Shown here one piece after another: positions 57,933-64,000 of a stretch of DNA of 64,000 nt. Both the position numbers and the translations under genes were made by a program. Positions within the stretch are counted from its first letter, which is position 1, and every line of letters starts with the position of its first letter. The stretch spans positions 224,001 through 288,000 of the forward strand of contig JAHPZA010000004.1 of assembly GCA_019058445.1 (NCBI GenBank). Reading direction: 5' to 3'. The DNA comes from Promethearchaeota archaeon (lineage in GTDB: Archaea > Asgardarchaeota > Lokiarchaeia > Sigyniarchaeales > SOKP01). Below the pieces are notes generated by a model, which was given only the letters and a program-made list of their open reading frames with translations, was not told where the DNA came from and ran no database searches.

Positions 57933-59390
57933 TTAAAGTTCTTCATACCATTTGTTAAAAAATTTCTTCCATAGTATTAGTTCACTAAATATCTCTCTTT
58001 TTTTCCATGCTTTTAACACTTCAAAATAGTTCTCTTTATACTCTCCAATCAATTGTTTTTTAGTATAAGATTTCGAAGGTTTTTCTGGTACTGAATTTTT
58101 AAATGCGTTAGAAGGCAATTTCCACCATTCCTTTAAAAATTCTGAGCCAAACTCATTCTCATAATATTGCATATTTTTATATACGAACACGTTTGGGTAA
58201 TTGGAAAAAAGTGTTGGACTTATTTGGATATTCTCATGCATGGCATAATTGTTAACAAAGTCTAATGTTTCGTTGAAAGTACTCTGATCCTCTCCTGGAA
58301 ATCCTGCAAGAAGATTTAACCTACAATAAGGGCCATCTGAAAGCTTATATTGATTTAAGATAGATATCATTGTTTCGATGTACTCTCGGGGATTCTCAGT
58401 TTTATGCATCTCGGGTAATAATCTCTTACTTGCTGATTCAAATCCAAATCCGATAATCATTCCACATGTTCTATGCTTTTTAATTAAATTTAGATTATTC
58501 TTAAAAGATTCTACTCTACTCTGACATGAAAAACTAAATTTTTCATTCAATTTATTTTGAATTAAATAATCTACGACTTTATTGCTAATAGACACTCGAT
58601 TGAAAGATTGGTCAGCAAAAGCTATTTTTGGAGCATTATAATTATATTGCTCAACAATTCTACATAATTTTTCAAATTCTTTTTTGAACTTTTGAAAAGT
58701 GAAACTTCTAAAATCATAATTTTGAGCGCAAAAAGCACATTGATAAGGACAACCTCTTGACATGAAATACTCAAATTTGAATTTGTTTTTGTAAGGATAT
58801 TGTTCTAAATATAATTCATAGTCCGGAAAGGGTAGGGTATTTATTTCAATGCAACCGTTTGAATTTAATATTCTTGTTCTCCTACGTGGTTTTAAATTAT
58901 TAGATTTTAATAAATTTAATAGTGATAATTCAGCTTCACCTCTTATTACAAAATCAAAAGGAGATTCTCTAAAAAAGGAATTTCTAAAATCTTTAGGAAC
59001 AGCTGTAGGATGATAACCACCTACAATAATGGGTTTTTTTGGAAATTCCTTTTTTAATATCTTAGCAATTAAGTCCGTTTGAAGATATTGGAAACTCGTA
59101 TAACAATTTATACCTATGTTCTGAAACTCCTGTAAATTTTTTTTTTCCAAACATTTTAGAAGAGAAACTTTGAATAGGTCATTTGGTTCTGTAGAATCTA
59201 AATTTTTATAATTTTCTTGTTCTACTCGTAAATCAATTATCTGAGTTTCAATATTCACCCTTTCTTTAAGAAAGGATGAGAGGTGCAGTGTTCCCAATGG
59301 GATATCATTATAATATAGTGCTTTTTGGTATTCTTCAATATAAAAAAATCCGGGAATAATAAACAGTAACTTATTCTTGTTTGTCGACAT
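57933..59390 (-). CDS. Cobalamin-binding radical SAM enzyme
   Basis: PLG, VGGYHPT, RGEAE (B12-binding domain); SRGCPYQCAFC; GFES; GFPGE. Confidence 0.9.
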   Translation of the reverse strand: MSTNKNKLLFIIPGFFYIEEYQKALYYNDIPLGTLHLSSFLKERVNIETQIIDLRVEQENYKNLDSTEPNDLFKVSLLKCLEKKNLQEFQNIGINCYTSFQYLQTDLIAKILKKEFPKKPIIVGGYHPTAVPKDFRNSFFRESPFDFVIRGEAELSLLNLLKSNNLKPRRRTRILNSNGCIEINTLPFPDYELYLEQYPYKNKFKFEYFMSRGCPYQCAFCAQNYDFRSFTFQKFKKEFEKLCRIVEQYNYNAPKIAFADQSFNRVSISNKVVDYLIQNKLNEKFSFSCQSRVESFKNNLNLIKKHRTCGMIIGFGFESASKRLLPEMHKTENPREYIETMISILNQYKLSDGPYCRLNLLAGFPGEDQSTFNETLDFVNNYAMHENIQISPTLFSNYPNVFVYKNMQYYENEFGSEFLKEWWKLPSNAFKNSVPEKPSKSYTKKQLIGEYKENYFEVLKAWKKREIFSELILWKKFFNKWYEEL

Positions 59391-59467
59391 GTTGAATATA
59401 GCGAATTTTATATTCCTATAATTAAATTAAATCCTAAATTTTATAAACTCATAGTATATATTTTATT

Positions 59468-59947
59468 CTATTCTAAGTAAGTTTCTAAAAACACCAAGAC
59501 TTCTTTTAATACTTTCTTTTTAAAAGTTAATCGGTCAGTTTTAAAAACAAATTTCTTAACAAATGTCTCCTGTACTGTTGAAAAACCGATATAAACTAAA
59601 CCTACAGGTTTTTCGGGGGTTCCACCTGTTGGACCTGCAATACCTGTAATTCCTATCCCAATATCGCAAGGTTTTGAGATAACTCTGACTCCATAGGCCA
59701 TTTTTTCCGCAACTTCCTCTGAAACTGCTCCGAAATTCTCTAGTATTTCGGGATTTACCTTTAGAATATCAATTTTCGCTTGATTTCCATATGAAACTAC
59801 TCCCCTTTCAAAAATTTCTGAGGAACCAGAAATATTAGTTATCATATGAGATACATAACCCCCAGTACACGATTCGGCAATCGCAATTATAAGATTTTTT
59901 TCAGCGAAGTTTTTTATAATCGTTTCAATTCGTTCTAATATTTCCAT
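59468..59947 (-). CDS. CinA C-terminal domain / NMN deamidase PncC
   Basis: AESCTGG, GSS, GAVS, GITGIAGP.GG...KPVGLV. Confidence 0.92.
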   Translation of the reverse strand: MEILERIETIIKNFAEKNLIIAIAESCTGGYVSHMITNISGSSEIFERGVVSYGNQAKIDILKVNPEILENFGAVSEEVAEKMAYGVRVISKPCDIGIGITGIAGPTGGTPEKPVGLVYIGFSTVQETFVKKFVFKTDRLTFKKKVLKEVLVFLETYLE

Positions 59948-60047
59948 ATGACGTATCTTTATAGATTTTAATAATTTATATCAAATTACGATATTAAAAT
60001 AATATTCATTACAAATAAAAAAATGTTAATTTAAAAAATTAAAGGAG

Positions 60048-60998
60048 ATGAAAAATTTGATTGTTGATGTTCATTTTCATTCAATTCCCTATTCCATTCC
60101 AAATGAAAGAATCAATATGATGGTAGAGGAATGGCCAATGCGAATAGCGAAAATCATGGGTATTAACCCAAATAAAGAATTGTTCATCCAGAAAGCGCAA
60201 GAATTATGGGGGGATAAAGATGGCTCTAAAATGATTAAAATAATGAATGAAAGCGGGATTGATTTCACCTTAATTTGTAATGTTGATAATTCTGGAATAG
60301 AAGGAGCGACTATTGAAAAGGTTCAAGAAATTAATAAAAGAGTTGGAAATATAGCAAAAAAATATCCTGATAGAGTGATGGCTTTAGCAGGAGTAGACCC
60401 AAGGCGCCCAGAAGCGTTAGACATGTTAAAGGAATGTTTTGAAGAATTTGGTATGAAAGGCCTAAAATATCATAGTGATAATGGTTATTATCCTAATGGC
60501 CCTGAATCTTATAAGTTGCTTAAATATTTAGAAAAAAATAATGGAGTTTTACTTACTCATACTGGTCCCATACCCCCACCTAGCCGTCCAAAATTTGCAG
60601 AACCAATGCAACTCTCTGATATAGGAGTAGATTTTCCCAATCTTAAAATGATCGCAGCACATATGGGATTAATTAACTGGAGACCTTGGGCGGCGCTAGC
60701 CTCTTCTCAACCTAATCTTTATGGAGATTTGGCAATGTGGAGTCCTTATGCCTATGGAAAGTTTGAATTATTTTGCCGAGAATTGCGTGATATAATTGAT
60801 TATGCGGGAGTAGAGAAAGTCCTTTTTGGTTCAGATTTTCCTATTTATGATGTGGCTTTACCTGTAAAGGATTTCATTAAAATAGTTAAAAGTCTGCCAA
60901 AAAAAGCTCCAAAAGGAATAACATTTACTAATGAGGAAATTAATGCTATTCTAGGGGATAATGCTGCTAAAGTTTTAGGATTGAGTAAAGATCATTAA
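60048..60998 (+). CDS. Amidohydrolase_2 family metal hydrolase/decarboxylase
   Basis: DVHFH, GLKYH, HTG, AHMG, FGSDFP, ILGDNA. Confidence 0.9.
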   Translation: MKNLIVDVHFHSIPYSIPNERINMMVEEWPMRIAKIMGINPNKELFIQKAQELWGDKDGSKMIKIMNESGIDFTLICNVDNSGIEGATIEKVQEINKRVGNIAKKYPDRVMALAGVDPRRPEALDMLKECFEEFGMKGLKYHSDNGYYPNGPESYKLLKYLEKNNGVLLTHTGPIPPPSRPKFAEPMQLSDIGVDFPNLKMIAAHMGLINWRPWAALASSQPNLYGDLAMWSPYAYGKFELFCRELRDIIDYAGVEKVLFGSDFPIYDVALPVKDFIKIVKSLPKKAPKGITFTNEEINAILGDNAAKVLGLSKDH

Positions 60999-61102
60999 AT
61001 AAATTAAATTTTCACAATTTATTTTATTTCTTCAAGTGGAATTTTATATCTTTCATTTGGATTTATTTATCGCTTTAATTAAAATAGCTTGTTAAGTCTA
61101 AT

Positions 61103-61687
61103 CTATTTTTTAAATGCTTCAGGATTTAGTGAGATAATCAAATTTTTAAAATCTGAAAGAGTAGTATCTAATTTAAAATCAATATTAAACACATTTTCTA
61201 AATGTTTTTTGATATAATAACCTTCAAAAAAAACTGATGTGATTTTAGCCATTTTAGTTGGATTTTCAAATCCTAGTTCTTGATATATCGATTTATAAAG
61301 TTCTAAACTTTTATTTTGTACAGAAAGTATATCAAGATTCACTTCTTTACACATTTCTGGTTTGGATAAACCTTGATAAACGATTGAGAATTTATCTTGA
61401 TCGATAATATAATCTCGAATTTCAAATATTATCTCAAACTTTGCGAGTGAAGACATATTGTCAAAATTAGGAAAAAGCTTATTTATTGCGGACTTTATAA
61501 ATGAATCTTCATAAATATTTTCTTCTTTTAATTGAAGAAGAATCTCTTTTTTAGATCTATAATATTTATAAAATGTCCTACGAGAAACCTCAGCTTTTTT
61601 AAGAATATCTTCCACAGTTGTAATATCATATCCCTTTTCAGCAAAAGTTTCTATTGCAGCATCAAATATTTTTGTTTTAGTCGACAT
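61103..61687 (-). CDS. TetR-family transcriptional regulator
   Basis: IFDAAIETFAEKGYDITTVEDILKKAEVSRRTFYKYYRSKKEI. Confidence 0.92.
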   Translation of the reverse strand: MSTKTKIFDAAIETFAEKGYDITTVEDILKKAEVSRRTFYKYYRSKKEILLQLKEENIYEDSFIKSAINKLFPNFDNMSSLAKFEIIFEIRDYIIDQDKFSIVYQGLSKPEMCKEVNLDILSVQNKSLELYKSIYQELGFENPTKMAKITSVFFEGYYIKKHLENVFNIDFKLDTTLSDFKNLIISLNPEAFKK

Positions 61688-61775
61688 GTTCTCATTTTTT
61701 TGTGAACTTTCAGCTTTCTATAATTATCTCAACTTTAGAAATCTTTATATATATAATAAAGATTGATAATATATT

Positions 61776-61812
61776 AGTATGTATACTTTGTAAATATATA
61801 TGTATATACATA
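61776..61812. promoter_or_regulatory. Candidate TetR operator palindromes in the divergent tetR/MFS promoter
   Basis: Perfect palindrome TATGTATATACATA (61799-61812) and related AGTATGTATACT (61776-61787). Confidence 0.45.
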
Positions 61813-61857
61813 ACAAAAATAAAAAATAAAATCTATTACACAAATAGATATTTTAGG

Positions 61858-63306
61858 GTGAAAATCATATCCAATAAAAATTTAAAACTTGAAGACATAA
61901 ATAATCAGCCTGATTCAGATTTAAATGTAAAAAAATATTCTCTTTGGATTTTAATTTCATTTCAGTTTGGACAATTGGTAAGTAATATGTTTGCATATAC
62001 ATTCACAGCCCAGATGCAGTATTATTATGAAAAAATAGTCCTTCTGCAAATCGGTTTATTTACCCTCGCTTTTATTATATATACTATATGGAATATGTTT
62101 AATGATCCGGTAATAGGTTATTTATGTGATAGTTCTACAAGATTAACAAAGAGATGGGGAAAGAGGTTTCCATTTATTGTGATATTTGGCATTCCTTGGT
62201 GTATAAGCTTTATGTTTTTATTCATGGCTCCCTCAACAGAGAAATATGGTCAATTAATAGTTTTTTTTTGGCTTTTAACTATGATTTGTGTATTTGATAC
62301 TCTTGCTTCAGGATGGCAGATCAATCATATGAGCCTTTTTCCAGATAAATTTCGCGATGATATTCAACGTAAACAGTCTGGTAGTATATTTGCTATTTTA
62401 TCTACTATTGGATTAATGCTTGGAGCAATTATTCCTGGAATCGTTGTTTCAATGTTTGATACAAAATTAGGATATGTACTTATGGCATTAGTTTTAGGAT
62501 TAATAGGATTAATATTCATGATAGGTTCAATTCCGGGGAGTCGAGAAAATATAGAAATTCGTGAACGTAGAACTCTGCTGGATACTCAAGAGAGAACACA
62601 ATTTTTTCGAAGTATGAGAACCGTCTTAAAACAGAGAAATTTTAGGGCATATCTAATATATTCACTACTATATTCTGCATTTTATGCGATTGGTGTTGCT
62701 TCAATACCATTTTGGGTGGATGATATGTTAGGATTACCAAAAATAATGGAAATTTTTTTAATGCTTGGATTAATAATAAGTCAACCCTTAACTGCTCCAT
62801 TTTGGTATAAATTAACATTAAAAATTGGTTCTAGAAAAGTCTTAGTCATAGGAACCTTAATGGCAGGATTAGGATTAATCCCCCTTATTTTTGTATCAAG
62901 AGGATCTGTGGGTATTATACTAACAATGATATCAATGATATTAGTTGGAATAGGCGGAGGAGGGCGATTGGTCGCAGCATTTCCAATTTGGAGTGACATT
63001 ATTGATGAAGCGACAGTAATTAATCAAGAAAGGCAAGAAGGATTATATCAGGGAATAAATACATTCTTTTATAGATTAGCAATAGCAATTCAAGTTATAA
63101 TATTTTTCATTATACATACTTTAAGTGGATATGATCCTGAAGCTCAACAACAAAGTGAAATAGCTCTCGTTGGTCTAAAAATTCAAGCAGCTATAATTCC
63201 GATGCTGATCCTAATATCTGCAGCGTTAATATTTTGGATAATATATGATCTTACTCCTGAAAAAGTAAATAATTTAAAAATTCAACTAAACCAAATAAAA
63301 TTATAA
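61858..63306 (+). CDS. MFS transporter, GPH/MelB-like
   Basis: IWNMFNDPVIGYLCD, RWGKRFPF, ERQEGLY. The ORF-track extension to 61702 is promoter DNA, so the start is placed at GTG 61858. Confidence 0.9.
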   Translation: MKIISNKNLKLEDINNQPDSDLNVKKYSLWILISFQFGQLVSNMFAYTFTAQMQYYYEKIVLLQIGLFTLAFIIYTIWNMFNDPVIGYLCDSSTRLTKRWGKRFPFIVIFGIPWCISFMFLFMAPSTEKYGQLIVFFWLLTMICVFDTLASGWQINHMSLFPDKFRDDIQRKQSGSIFAILSTIGLMLGAIIPGIVVSMFDTKLGYVLMALVLGLIGLIFMIGSIPGSRENIEIRERRTLLDTQERTQFFRSMRTVLKQRNFRAYLIYSLLYSAFYAIGVASIPFWVDDMLGLPKIMEIFLMLGLIISQPLTAPFWYKLTLKIGSRKVLVIGTLMAGLGLIPLIFVSRGSVGIILTMISMILVGIGGGGRLVAAFPIWSDIIDEATVINQERQEGLYQGINTFFYRLAIAIQVIIFFIIHTLSGYDPEAQQQSEIALVGLKIQAAIIPMLILISAALIFWIIYDLTPEKVNNLKIQLNQIKL

Positions 63307-63338
63307 ATGATAAATAAATTAAGCGAGATTTAAAAAAA

Positions 63339-63989
63339 ATGGTTGAGAATATTAGTAAACTTTTATCTGATTTGGAAGAAAACAGAGTTTTAGAGTTAGT
63401 AAAAGAATTAATTCAAAAGGGAGAGAATCCCAATAAAATACTAGAAGCCGTTGGAAATGGGATGCGCTTAATTGGAGAAAGATGGAAATCCAAAGAATAC
63501 TTCACTCCAGAAGTTATTTTTGGAGCAGAAATTTCTCATGAAATTACAGAAATATTAAATCCCATATTAGAAAATAATATTAATAATGAGGAAAAAAAGC
63601 CTATCATCCTTATTGGTACGGTTAAAGGAGATATCCATGATATTGGGAAAAATATTATAATATCACTATTAAGAGCAGAAAAATTTGGGATTTATGATCT
63701 TGGTGTAGATCTCCCACCGGAGGTTTTTATTGAAAAAATTAAAGAACTTAAACCTAATATTTTAGGACTTAGTGGATTACTTACTTTAGCGGTTGATTCA
63801 ATGAAAGAACTTATTGATAAAATTTCTGAGGAGGGATTAAGGGAGAATATTAAAATCATAATAGGAGGACCTTTTTTGAGTGAGAAAACGTGCAATTATG
63901 TTGGCGCAGATGCATATACTAATAATGGAGATGATGGAATTGAGATTATTAAAAATTGGATGGTGAATTATAATGGCAAAGGTTGTTAA
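63339..63989 (+). CDS. Corrinoid protein of a methyltransferase system (MtaC/MttC-like)
   Basis: Cap domain GM..IG...., GTVKGDIHDIGKN (DxHxxG), DLGVD, GLSGLL, IIGG. Confidence 0.92.
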   Translation: MVENISKLLSDLEENRVLELVKELIQKGENPNKILEAVGNGMRLIGERWKSKEYFTPEVIFGAEISHEITEILNPILENNINNEEKKPIILIGTVKGDIHDIGKNIIISLLRAEKFGIYDLGVDLPPEVFIEKIKELKPNILGLSGLLTLAVDSMKELIDKISEEGLRENIKIIIGGPFLSEKTCNYVGADAYTNNGDDGIEIIKNWMVNYNGKGC

Positions 63990-64000
63990 TCCAAATAAGT
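63973..64000 (+). CDS. 5' end of next operon gene (partial)
   Basis: GGTGA RBS-like motif, then ATG GCA AAG GTT GTT AAT CCA AAT AAG overlapping the corrinoid gene end. Confidence 0.5.

Noticed and set aside
61702-61857. N-terminal 52 codons of the ORF-track MFS call (likewise 53525-53620 of the Lin0512 call)
   Set aside because: AT-rich promoter DNA that happens to be open; it contains TATA-like tracts and operator palindromes.
1-64000. CRISPR arrays, tRNA/rRNA genes, IS elements, integrases
   Set aside because: No regularly spaced repeats, cloverleaf/T-loop motifs, GC-rich rRNA-like tracts or transposase/integrase motifs seen by eye.

Overview
AT-rich, gene-dense archaeal chromosome segment, almost certainly from an Asgard archaeon of the Lokiarchaeia. 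The call rests on a Loki-type profilin, two Rab-like small GTPases, two longin-domain proteins, eL38/eL40, a thermosome subunit and archaeal ThrRS/AspRS/ArgRS. It is mostly housekeeping (translation, tRNA modification, PRPP, hypusine and polyamine genes) with accessory patches: a PAS/histidine-kinase insert bracketed by a duplicated gene end, a HEPN/DUF559/Zn-ribbon patch, an orphan DNA methyltransferase, a GC-richer BNR/sialidase-fold gene and a TetR-MFS-corrinoid cluster. I saw no tRNA, rRNA, CRISPR array or transposase. The best unexplained signal is a ~555-nt ORF-free region (22026-22580). It has a TATA box at the expected distance, 12-bp complementary 5'/3' ends, many nested internal helices and a T-rich terminator, so it is a candidate large structured ncRNA that I cannot assign to a known family. 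Second, at least two clearly conserved genes (a Rab-like GTPase and an ArsR-membrane regulator) have no ATG/GTG/TTG upstream of their conserved N-terminal domain, which suggests non-canonical initiation. Several small real genes missing from the ORF track were added (Trax/translin, eL40, two Zn-ribbon proteins). All family calls come from motif recognition by eye; no database search was run.
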